Origin: Candidatus Limnocylindria bacterium
GTDB lineage: Bacteria > Patescibacteriota > Saccharimonadia > Saccharimonadales > JAGQNK01
Direction: 5' to 3'
Assembly: GCA_035489815.1 (NCBI GenBank)
Contig: DATHJH010000042.1
Span: 1,581 to 65,580 of the forward strand
DNA length: 64,000 nt
In this document: piece after piece, positions 48,393 through 56,224 of the stretch
Position numbering within the stretch: position 1 is the stretch's first letter
How the letters are laid out: each line of letters starts with the position of its first letter
Made by a program: the position numbers and the translations under genes
The notes under the pieces: generated by a model
Told to the model about the DNA's origin: nothing
Database searches by the model: none
What the model saw: only the letters and a program-made list of their open reading frames with translations

Positions 48393-49353
48393 AACCTTCT
48401 ACGTAGGTATGCGCTTCCTGGGAAATCTGCTTCATGATGGCCTGGGCTTTGGCTTGATCATGCTTTTTGATCATGACGGTTAGCAGGTAAGGGCGATCGA
48501 GCAGGTAGACAATGCCGGAGTCCAGATAGTTTTTCTCCACGTTGTCTTCGCCGATCTTGTGCGAAAAGGCTGTGCCCTGCGGCAAACCAGCCGGTAACAT
48601 CCGGTTGAAAGGTGTTTGATTGAGCTGGTCCAAAATATACTGCGACCCGCTTCTTTTGAGGAAGCTGGAATTATACAGAGCGCGGAAGAGCCGGGAATAT
48701 TCCTTGGCAGAAACCTCGCTTTTTTCATCAAACAAGTCGTCCAGGCCTAGAGCGTCCTTTAACTCGCCCAGCTCTGTTTCTGACAAATTGCGCATGAGCA
48801 TCCGGTGAGCAGTGTTGTCGGACTGCGTTAGAAGCGCCTGCACTAGTTCCTGAATGGAAAAGCTGGTACCGACCGGTTTTTGATAGAGGGAACCGTAGCG
48901 CTGGTCCTTGTCCTGTTCAAACAGCACCAACCGGCTGTCCATGTGCCATTCGCCCTTTTCCACTTTTTTCATGGCTACCAGAGCGCTGGGCAGCTTGACC
49001 AAACTGGCGGGGTAAAACCTGGCTGTGTTGTTGATCTGAATGTTGGCACCGGTATTGAGGAACTCAAAGTACACGGAAATCGTATCGGCACCATCTTTTT
49101 CCACGATTTGGTTCAGCTTTTCGCGCAAGGGCTGGATGTTGACGATGAAGTGTTCTTGTGGAATGTAGTTCCGGGCAATATCAATAAAAGGGTATTTTTC
49201 GGCGGCCTTTTTTGCACTGTCGTCCCCGGACCCGCGTATCAGAAAACCCGCCGTCACGATGTTTGTTAGCAGCAACACGGCAAAAGCGGTGATAAACACC
49301 TTGGGACGAACGATACGCCGCTTGCGTGAAGCTGGTGGGTTATCGGCAGCCAT
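48382..49353 (-). CDS. class-A beta-lactamase-fold serine hydrolase (membrane-anchored)
   Basis: Contains S-x-x-K (PASLVKL), SDN (LTQSDNTAH) and a KxG-like HKIGE motif, plus an N-terminal TM helix. Confidence 0.7.
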   Translation of the reverse strand: MAADNPPASRKRRIVRPKVFITAFAVLLLTNIVTAGFLIRGSGDDSAKKAAEKYPFIDIARNYIPQEHFIVNIQPLREKLNQIVEKDGADTISVYFEFLNTGANIQINNTARFYPASLVKLPSALVAMKKVEKGEWHMDSRLVLFEQDKDQRYGSLYQKPVGTSFSIQELVQALLTQSDNTAHRMLMRNLSETELGELKDALGLDDLFDEKSEVSAKEYSRLFRALYNSSFLKRSGSQYILDQLNQTPFNRMLPAGLPQGTAFSHKIGEDNVEKNYLDSGIVYLLDRPYLLTVMIKKHDQAKAQAIMKQISQEAHTYVEGYEK

Positions 49354-49361
49354 GCACTGGC

Positions 49362-50537
49362 CTACTTTTTAGTTCTATTTTTAGTTCTAGAGGCCGACGG
49401 CTTGTCCTTTAGAATCTTGAGACGATAGCCTGGCTTGACGTGGTAGGGTGCCTTTAGGTGATTGACCCGTACGATAGTCTTCCAGGGCAGTCCGTAGGCT
49501 TCGGCAATGGCCTGAATATTTTCTCCTTCTTTTGCCACGTGCAGAGCGCCGTGCTTATGCCAGTGGTTCCGTGTTCGATGCCTGCGAATAAAAATACCTG
49601 CGCCAGCAACAACCAGGGCCAGGGAAGCCAGTTCAATGACTGCCGCCAAAGGTTTTGGACTAACAAGTAGCAAGCGCTTTTTACCAACGCTAGCCTTTTG
49701 GCCATCCCGGCCGATGCCTGCCGCCGGGTCAGGGTTGTAGGTTGCCTTTGCGCTGATCATATAGACACCGCCCCAGAAGGGTTCAGTCATATCAAAATTA
49801 AATTCGCTTTCGCCGCCAGCCAAGATGGGGAATTCGCCGCCGCTTTTGCGGACCGTGGTACCTAAGATAGTCTTGAGCCGGACATCTACGTCAGTATCCA
49901 GGGACACGTTACCGCTGTTTTTCAGTTGTGCGGAGACTATGTATTTGCCTGCGTCCCGCCGGCTATCCAGCCTACTAAAAAACAACCCCTTTTTGATGTC
50001 GCCCTTTACAGTTACCGCCACCCGGATGGCCGAACGAAAGGACAGGGCAATGCCGTTACCTGCAGCGGTCGGTGTCTGATTAGCCTCTTGGATAACTATG
50101 CAGCCGTTATGTTCGCCGCCCGCCGTACCGCCAGGCACTGCCAGCGTAAAAGGCACCTCCCGTTCACCGCCAGCCGGCAATGTGACCTTGCCAGTGCTCA
50201 AGCGAATCCACGCACCAACAGAACCGGGTTCATCCACTTTTTGAGCGCAGGCAAAGGCTCCGCCGCTTGATGCCTGCGAGTCAACACCGTAGACGTCTAT
50301 AGTTTTTTGTTTGTCGCTGTTGTTGTAGATCTTTACAGCATTGGTGGCTACTTGGCCAGCATCTACATCAAAGACAAATATAGATTTGGTGCGTGAATTG
50401 TTGGCATCCGGACGAGCAGGCTTGCCGCCAATCCCGCCAGATTCCACTGCGCCCGCCGAAGGCACCCCAAGCACCAGGGGAGCTAGAAAGACAACCCCCA
50501 CCAGTAGCCGAGAAAATTTGTAGCGTATGGCAGGCAT
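49362..50537 (-). CDS. DUF916/DUF3324-like cell-surface protein with a TM anchor and C-terminal LysM domain
   Basis: The ORF track gives 49362-50651. ATG 50537 yields a signal peptide (MPAIRYKFSRLLVGVVFLAPLVL). IFVFDVDAGQVATNAVKIYNNSDKQKTIDVYGVD fits the DUF916 pattern I know from WxL clusters. It also has the TM helix LAAVIELASLALVVAGAGIFI and the LysM-like segment HVAKEGENIQAIAEAYGLPWKTIVRVNHL. Confidence 0.6.
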   Translation of the reverse strand: MPAIRYKFSRLLVGVVFLAPLVLGVPSAGAVESGGIGGKPARPDANNSRTKSIFVFDVDAGQVATNAVKIYNNSDKQKTIDVYGVDSQASSGGAFACAQKVDEPGSVGAWIRLSTGKVTLPAGGEREVPFTLAVPGGTAGGEHNGCIVIQEANQTPTAAGNGIALSFRSAIRVAVTVKGDIKKGLFFSRLDSRRDAGKYIVSAQLKNSGNVSLDTDVDVRLKTILGTTVRKSGGEFPILAGGESEFNFDMTEPFWGGVYMISAKATYNPDPAAGIGRDGQKASVGKKRLLLVSPKPLAAVIELASLALVVAGAGIFIRRHRTRNHWHKHGALHVAKEGENIQAIAEAYGLPWKTIVRVNHLKAPYHVKPGYRLKILKDKPSASRTKNRTKK

Positions 50538-50545
50538 GGCCAATC

Positions 50546-51247
50546 CTACTGTGCAGTTGCCGTCAATGTCAGGTTGAGGGTATAAGAATCTGCAGCCTGT
50601 TCGGCCGGAATTGTCTGTGAAGCAGTGACGCCCGTGAGGTATCCGCGCCATATGTCATTTGAGGTACCGCCAGCATTAACCAAAGTGATACTGTCCAATG
50701 TGCCTTGGTTAAACCCGGCGCTAGAACCAACACTAACGCCAGTCGTATTACAAGACGCACAGTCCGTCGTAATAGCACCGACCGAAGGGTTGACGGTGAG
50801 CTGGCCAGGTGTGGCATCGGCGTCACCGGCAACATCAGTACAGCCAGCTGTCGTACCAGTCGGGTCGTTAAAGTCAATGTTCTGCGTTGCACCACCGTTT
50901 GCCCACCGTGCAGTGGCGCCTCCGGTGGCGGCCAAGGCCAGCGTCCAGCCGTTGTCCGCACCATCCGTGTTTGTAACATACACGCGTTCCGTGCCAGTTC
51001 CGAGGGTTCCGGTAGAAGCACTACCGCCTGCCTGACATTCAAAGGAAAAGCTCTTAGCAGACATTGCCACTGCCGGACTGGCAACCGGCACACGACTGGC
51101 GTCCATAATATCCGTAGCCAAGGTGTTACCGCCGCTAATAACCTGGCTAAAGGTAGAGTTAGATGCCGCGTATACCGCACTGCTACCAGCAAACACCATA
51201 ACCACCGCCAATGCGATCGCCTGTTTTAATAAAGCAGTTTTTTTCAT
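50546..51247 (-). CDS. WxL-like secreted surface protein (233 aa)
   Basis: GAGGGGG precedes ATG 51247, and a signal peptide is present. NGWTLALAATGG (a WxL motif) and the C-terminal YTLNLTLTATAQ resemble the two-motif WxL domain of Firmicutes. It is paralogous to the C-terminus of the 852-aa protein. Confidence 0.6.
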   Translation of the reverse strand: MKKTALLKQAIALAVVMVFAGSSAVYAASNSTFSQVISGGNTLATDIMDASRVPVASPAVAMSAKSFSFECQAGGSASTGTLGTGTERVYVTNTDGADNGWTLALAATGGATARWANGGATQNIDFNDPTGTTAGCTDVAGDADATPGQLTVNPSVGAITTDCASCNTTGVSVGSSAGFNQGTLDSITLVNAGGTSNDIWRGYLTGVTASQTIPAEQAADSYTLNLTLTATAQ

Positions 51248-51466
51248 GTTCCCCCTCAAATCCCCTTCATACCACTAATTACTCTAGATAGTAGCAGTCG
51301 CGCTTATGTTTGTAAATTAACTTACAGATTTTTCTGTTTTTTTGTGCATTTCCCGCCAGTTTACAGATACACAACTAGCAAGCTAGAGCAGCGGAGTTCT
51401 TTCCCTCAGTTAGCAAGCCAAGCTTAGCATAAGCAAAAAAGAAAGAGCAGATCTAAAATTACATAA

Positions 51467-51484
51467 TCCCGGGTAGCTCAATGG
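51467..51484 (+). repeat. duplicate of the tRNA-Asn 5' end
   Basis: tcccgggtagctcaatgg matches tccggagtagctcaatgg at 51907-51924 in 16 of 18 positions. Confidence 0.6.
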
Positions 51485-51554
51485 GTTCTCTGCACCTAAA
51501 AGGACATACTCAGCCCGCTTGCGGTAGAGTAAAGAATACTCTACCGCAACGATT

Positions 51555-51836
51555 ATGCCCAAAGAAAAGCGTACATATGCAGACAGAAGAGAGTACTTTA
51601 TTATGGCGGTTTCAAAACGCCGCCGCAGGATTAAAGAAAAAGCGATCGAACTCCTAGGCAGCAGGTGTCAAGTGTGCAGATATGACCGCTATCAGGGAGC
51701 CTTGATTTTCATCACGTTGACCCAAGCACAAAAGAGCTTCGGCATTAGCGGCAATGGGCACTCCCGGTCATGGGAGCGAGTAAAAGAAGAACTAGCCAAG
51801 TGTGTACTGGTTTGCGCCAACTGTCACGGGAGATAG
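51555..51836 (+). pseudogene. decayed small HNH endonuclease gene
   Basis: The ORF stays open but reads ALIFITLTQAQKS where an alternative frame of 51704-51736 reads DFHHVDPSTKE, the expected HNH block. After CANCH the expected REI.AGL tail is again in another frame (stop at 51881-83). Confidence 0.65.
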
Positions 51837-51906
51837 GGGCAGGTTTGGTGGAGATTGACCGACCATTTACTCTAAAAGACTGATACGATACAATATACGG
51901 TGTTGT

Positions 51907-52246
51907 TCCGGAGTAGCTCAATGGTAGAGCGATTGGCTGTCAGTTGGCAGCGCACCTGAGTAATCAGGTGATGAAAACAGGGTGAATTGCAGGAAACCTA
52001 CATCCTCGCAGAGGACACGGCAATCTGCAGCCAAGCTAGAAAGAGCAAAAGTTCATTAATGAACTGAGGTTTTCTAGAAGGTTCAGAGACTAGGGAGTGA
52101 GACTCAACGATAATCTCCCCGCGAGCGCCCTGCATCCTACGTAGCTTTATGCGAAGGAGGATGATGAAATAGTCCACGCTCCTGCGAAAGCAGAAGGTCT
52201 AAGTGTAACCAATAGGTTGCCGGTTCGAGTCCGGCCTCCGGAGCCA
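51907..52246 (+). tRNA. tRNA-Asn(GUU) interrupted by a group I intron (exon 1 51907-51940, exon 2 52206-52246, CCA encoded)
   Basis: The joined exons give a canonical cloverleaf: acceptor UCCGGAG/CUCCGGA, D arm GCUC-AAUGGUA-GAGC, anticodon arm AUUGG-CUGUUAA-CCAAU, T arm GCCGG-UUCGAGU-CCGGC, discriminator G73 and CCA. Confidence 0.8.
51941..52205 (+). ncRNA. group I intron (265 nt, no ORF), probably of the tRNA-intron (IC3-like) type
   Basis: P1 forms between exon GCUGU and intron GCAGC with a U.G pair at the splice site. P10 forms between intron GUUG and exon-2 UAAC. Other marks are a P2 hairpin with a GUAA loop (51953-70), AGAGACUA at 52085-92, a GAAA-capped hairpin at 52182-93 and a terminal G at 52205. 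Confidence 0.75.
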
Positions 52247-52353
52247 AAGCAAGCAGTCAAATAGTGAGACCGAGTTCTGTGACCGGTTTCTTCGTTTGAC
52301 TCCTTGGTGCCAGGAAGTTATTCATCAATGCAAAAACAGCCAGTTTTGGTTGG

Positions 52354-52377
52354 AACCGTCCGGAAGGGCGGTTTTTT
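52354..52377 (+). terminator. rho-independent terminator downstream of the tRNA
   Basis: aaccgtcc ggaa gggcggtt forms an 8-bp stem and is followed by TTTTTT. Confidence 0.7.
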
Positions 52378-52502
52378 GTTATTTACTTCAGTTATTTGGT
52401 TCCGAAGGCGACCCGTTCCTGTTGCGGGAACCAAGCAGGCGATAAGGAGACCGAGTTCCTAGATCGGTTTACTCAAATCCACATAATTCCAAGAAAATAA
52501 TC

Positions 52503-53144
52503 CTATTCTAGGTATAGCTTAGAGAATTTTTTGCCATCAATAACTTGCAGCACCGATCCATCGCCAATAGGGCTGCCGTCTGGCATGGTAGAAAATGTAT
52601 CGATACACCACACTCCATGTTTAACTTCATAACAGGTATCGGAAGGGGTATGCCCGAATACTTGAGGTATATTTTTGTATGTAATACTGCCGCCAGGTCG
52701 TGCCCAAAGAGGGCTTGTGTCATTCCATAGGCCAGTCACATCTTCTGCGCCAGACCATTCGTTTGCTATGCCAGCGTGAGAATAGGTAACGCCATCAATT
52801 TCGATAATAACAGGCAGGCCAGCCAGCCACTCCTTCAGTTTTTTATTTTCGGGCGCATTTATTAAAGTGTGTGTTATTGGGTTATAGCCGGTTTGAAATG
52901 ATGGTGTATCGTAAACATAGATATAATCATGATTGCCGAGTACTAAGCCAACTTTATTCTTATGCTTAATCTGCAGATCTCTTAGTGACTTCCAGGTGTT
53001 TAGAGTATTTTGCGGGCTAGCACTAAAGTCATCTGCAAAATCACCACAGAAAACAACCTTATCATAATCGTTAATGACTTTGGAGACTTTCTCAATAATC
53101 CAGATCTTCGTGTGGATGTCGCCAATTGCCAGTATTTTTCCCAT
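52503..53144 (-). CDS. calcineurin-like metallophosphoesterase (PrpE/ApaH-like)
   Basis: The motifs GDIHTK, GDFADD, GNHD and GH(T)P appear in the canonical order. Confidence 0.8.
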   Translation of the reverse strand: MGKILAIGDIHTKIWIIEKVSKVINDYDKVVFCGDFADDFSASPQNTLNTWKSLRDLQIKHKNKVGLVLGNHDYIYVYDTPSFQTGYNPITHTLINAPENKKLKEWLAGLPVIIEIDGVTYSHAGIANEWSGAEDVTGLWNDTSPLWARPGGSITYKNIPQVFGHTPSDTCYEVKHGVWCIDTFSTMPDGSPIGDGSVLQVIDGKKFSKLYLE

Positions 53145-53172
53145 GCCTACAGTATATCCCGTGGATCACTAG

Positions 53173-53526
53173 TTACGCCTGCTTGTGCAGTCTACGTATG
53201 CGCTCACGTACAGATTCTTGATATTGTGCAGGGTTTTGCATCTGGTGATAGGCACGAACAGCAATCACCTCAAAACGATCGTCATCTACAAGATACACAA
53301 TTGCTACTTTATGATTTTGCATCTGAACTTTGCGCACATCCGGATCGCCTTTGAATACGGCATTGGCTCGTGGCAAGTTTCCCAAGTTAGCTACGGTTTC
53401 CATAGCTTCATCAAAAAACCTCACCGCCGATTCAGCATCCACCAGCTCTTCATAAAATGCCATTAGCTCTGCAATATCGTTCTCGGCATCTTCTGTAAGA
53501 TTGACGCTATACTTTTGCACCAGCAA
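53173..53526 (-). CDS. ParE/RelE-family type II toxin
   Basis: 117 aa. YSVNLTEDAENDIAELMAFY...NLPRANAVF...VAIVYLVDDDRFEVIAVRAYHQ fits the ParE pattern. It overlaps the upstream small ORF by 20 nt. Confidence 0.7.
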   Translation of the reverse strand: MLVQKYSVNLTEDAENDIAELMAFYEELVDAESAVRFFDEAMETVANLGNLPRANAVFKGDPDVRKVQMQNHKVAIVYLVDDDRFEVIAVRAYHQMQNPAQYQESVRERIRRLHKQA

Positions 53527-53716
53527 GTTCCTGATATTTCTTTAAAATATCTTTCTTGGCCTGACTGAGCGGTATACGGTTTTTAGGATTTTTAGCAAGT
53601 TTAATGCGTCGTTCCAACTCAAGCCGAAACTCTTGGCTATTTTCGTCTACATTAATAACTTTGCTATTACTCATAGCTTTTATTTTATCACATTCCATGC
53701 ATAAAATATACGCCAA
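53507..53716 (-). CDS. putative antitoxin of the ParE-like toxin
   Basis: Small ORF directly upstream of and overlapping the toxin gene. The likely start is ATG 53674 (MSNSKVINVDENSQEF...), giving 55 aa. Confidence 0.5.
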   Translation of the reverse strand: MAYILCMECDKIKAMSNSKVINVDENSQEFRLELERRIKLAKNPKNRIPLSQAKKDILKKYQELAGAKV

Positions 53717-53732
53717 GATTTGACAATTAAAA

Positions 53733-53806
53733 GGGGTAAGCTAAAGTAAAACGAGCCTAAAATCAGGCGGTAATATTCGCTGGTTCGAATCCCGCCCCCG
53801 GAGCCA
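53733..53806 (+). repeat. degenerate tRNA-like relic ending in ...GGTTCGAATCC...CCGGAGCCA (copy 2 of the tRNA 3' end)
   Basis: 74 nt with a T-arm (one mismatch), a 3' acceptor strand and CCA, but only 4 bp of acceptor stem and no canonical anticodon arm. 53779-53832 is about 80% identical to 52219-52272. Confidence 0.6.
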
Positions 53807-53963
53807 GACCAAGCAGTGAAAAAGGTAGACCGTGCCTATGACTGGTTTCCCGATCCCGGGTTCTGTGAGTGTTCTAGCTTTACGTGACTCTCGTTTTTCA
53901 TTGGCTCAGCAGCCATAAACGGCTCGCTACCTCACTGGGGTTGCCGTGCTATCATTGGTAACT

Positions 53964-54478
53964 ATGCAAAAGTTCAGCCAAAAATACGCCGTCATACAAT
54001 TACTCGAAGACATGGAGGAAGGAGCCGAGTTTTCTGGTGACCGTTGGCCGCTCCACGTTACGATCGCTGATACACTTGCCGTTGATTGGAACAAAAACGA
54101 TTTACGCAAAAAGCTGGAGGGGCTGCTCGCCAGCCTGAAACCGGCTACAGCAACCAGCGACCATGACGAGTTCTTCGGGCCGGAGAAACAGACCCAGGTC
54201 ACAATATTGGACATGAGCAAAGAATTAGTCGACCTGCACTATAAAGTTATCAAACTACTGGAAAGCGCCGGAGCCGTGTTTAATGACCCGCAGTACGCAA
54301 GGAAGGCTTTCGGGCTCACGCAACCGTCCAGCCGCATGCACGCGTTAACAAAGGTGATGTGGTTACCTTCAAGGCACTCACTATAGTCGATATGTTTCCA
54401 AACAGCGATCCTTACCAGCGGAAGATACTTAAAACCATGAAGATCGGCCGCGGCCACTTGCGTCCTGAAGAGAAGTAA
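53964..54478 (+). pseudogene. 2H-phosphoesterase (LigT/2'-5' RNA ligase-like) gene with a frameshift
   Basis: The first H-x-T-x motif (RWPLHVTIAD) is in ORF 53946-54386. The second (FRAHATVQ) appears only in another frame, which is open from 54287 to the stop at 54476-78. Confidence 0.55.
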
Positions 54479-54496
54479 GTTTTGGAAACCCGTACC

Positions 54497-55258
54497 TCAA
54501 GCCTCCCAAAGCCGCCTGGGATTGTTACCATAGGAGGTGTCTATACATATGCCAAGCTCAGCAAGCTTGGCGTCCGCAATTTCAACCGGATGGAAGGCAT
54601 CTGTAGGCAACCTGTAGTGCTGTGCCCTGGAGACATAAAAGTCAAAATAACTATTGCGTTCGGGCGGCCCTGCAAAGTAAAGGCCGGCTTTATCAAGATT
54701 ACCCAAAACTGTCTTGGCCAACCCCTTAACCGGTACAAACGTCTTGTATACGTTGTCCCAATATTCCCGCCCTTGGCTTGGTTCATCAAGCAGCTTCTGA
54801 GTCCGGTCATCCGTGGTGCCCTGGCTGTCTTCACCATATATAGGCCCTGTCACAAAAACCACAAATTCAGGATTGGTAAGCACCATGGTTTGTTCGGCAT
54901 GCTTACGCCTGGCATAGTCTCCCAGCGAAGTGGCGGCAGCTAATGATCTGTTGCAGAATGCCGCGTCCGACGAAATATATACAAACTTCGTTTCATGCAG
55001 TTCGTCCAGCAAATCTGCAAAAGGATCGTCTGACACAGGGTATTCCTTTCCTGGCCAGGCCGTCCATATAACAGCATCCGGTTTTTGATCGGTAAGCGTA
55101 TTCCAGGTAGTTCTATCTTCAAGCTTGAACCTGGCAAGGCCGGCGCTTTCCTGCGAATGAAACGTCCCAAGCGCCTCATAGCCCATGGCGCGTGTTTGAT
55201 GCAGTATTTCTGATCCCAAGTAACCAGTCGCGCCGACAGTCAAAACTTTCATGTCCAT
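54497..55258 (-). CDS. NAD(P)-binding atypical SDR (NmrA/epimerase-like)
   Basis: ATG 55258 yields MDMKVLTVGATGYLGSEIL, a Rossmann GxxGxxG motif. The ORF track extends it to 55318. Confidence 0.7.
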   Translation of the reverse strand: MDMKVLTVGATGYLGSEILHQTRAMGYEALGTFHSQESAGLARFKLEDRTTWNTLTDQKPDAVIWTAWPGKEYPVSDDPFADLLDELHETKFVYISSDAAFCNRSLAAATSLGDYARRKHAEQTMVLTNPEFVVFVTGPIYGEDSQGTTDDRTQKLLDEPSQGREYWDNVYKTFVPVKGLAKTVLGNLDKAGLYFAGPPERNSYFDFYVSRAQHYRLPTDAFHPVEIADAKLAELGICIDTSYGNNPRRLWEA

Positions 55259-55324
55259 AGCATAGCAGCATTCTATTGCCTCTTGAGCAATTTCAAACAA
55301 ACGGCAACCTGCTATCATAGCATC

Positions 55325-56080
55325 ATGAAACAGAAACTATTGGCATTTAAAAACCGATGCAATCGGCTTACGGCGCGACTAAAAAATATTGACGTCTCAA
55401 ACAGACGGCACCAAAAAATGCTGCTAGGTACCGGGTTTGGAGTTCTTGTAGCGATTGCTTTGCTCACTGCGGGCATAGTACGTCTTAACAAAAGCCCGGC
55501 ACCGGAATCCGTGCCTTCACCCGGCACCACTGCTACAAACACAGGGCAACAAGCTGCTGAACCGCCCAGCCCATCGTCAGACACAGGCGGTACCAGCAAC
55601 CCAAGCAAGCCTCCTGCTCAACCCGGGTCCAAATCGGTCCCGGCCGGCCTCAACAACTCTTATAAGATAGCCCTGCCTGCTGGCTGGAGCGAAGTTTCGG
55701 GACCGACATATGGCGGGTGGCACGCTGCACTCAACACCTTTAGCGACGGGACCAGAAGCCTGGCCGTAATTGTAAACCTTGAATTCTTTGACCCGGCAGG
55801 ACCGCCAAGGCTAGATGCCAATTCAAAAGGAGAGGTTGGTGTACTAACGAGGGCAGGGGACAAAGTTGCCTTTGACCCGTCAAGTATTGTCTTCTGTGAC
55901 CCAGACCCAAAAAGCAACTGCGGAACGGGGGACGGTGAAACACAGCTCATATTGGGCCTCAGTACTATTTATGGCAACTCCTATTCCTTCATACTGCTCA
56001 GCGATGAACCGGAATCAATCAGCGAACTACACAATTTCGACGCTATTCTCAATTCAGTCACGTTAATAAAACCAAACTAA
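55325..56080 (+). CDS. membrane-anchored extracytoplasmic protein with a Pro/Ser/Thr-rich linker
   Basis: From ATG 55325, the TM helix LLGTGFGVLVAIALLTAGIV is followed by a low-complexity linker and a ~150-aa domain. No family recognised. Confidence 0.5.
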   Translation: MKQKLLAFKNRCNRLTARLKNIDVSNRRHQKMLLGTGFGVLVAIALLTAGIVRLNKSPAPESVPSPGTTATNTGQQAAEPPSPSSDTGGTSNPSKPPAQPGSKSVPAGLNNSYKIALPAGWSEVSGPTYGGWHAALNTFSDGTRSLAVIVNLEFFDPAGPPRLDANSKGEVGVLTRAGDKVAFDPSSIVFCDPDPKSNCGTGDGETQLILGLSTIYGNSYSFILLSDEPESISELHNFDAILNSVTLIKPN

Positions 56081-56135
56081 AAGAGGGTCTGTCGGTAAAA
56101 TCCCCCCCAGAGTAGGAAATTACTATAAAGAGCCG

Positions 56136-56209
56136 TGAGACACCAGAAATAAAGTGAGCCTAAAATCAGGCGGTATTTGAGTGTAGCTCGAATCCAGTCC
56201 CCGGAGCCA
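56136..56209 (+). repeat. degenerate tRNA-like relic (copy 3 of the tRNA 3' end)
   Basis: 56156-56175 is identical to 53753-53772 (gagcctaaaatcaggcggta). The last 22 nt (...tcgaatccagtccccggagcca) match copy 2 closely. A strong terminator follows directly. Confidence 0.55.
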
Positions 56210-56224
56210 AGCCACGATAGAGGA

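Noticed and set aside
50569-51192. 207-codon alternative-frame ORF on the minus strand
   Set aside because: It is in a different frame of the same strand as the 233-aa WxL-like gene, which has the SD, a signal peptide and a paralog. The alternative frame gives an Arg/Leu/Pro-rich product with no features.
53733-53806. A second functional tRNA gene
   Set aside because: Only 4 bp of acceptor stem can form, the D arm is degenerate, there is no 5-bp anticodon stem with a 7-nt loop, and the T-stem has a mismatch. It is treated as a relic or att scar.
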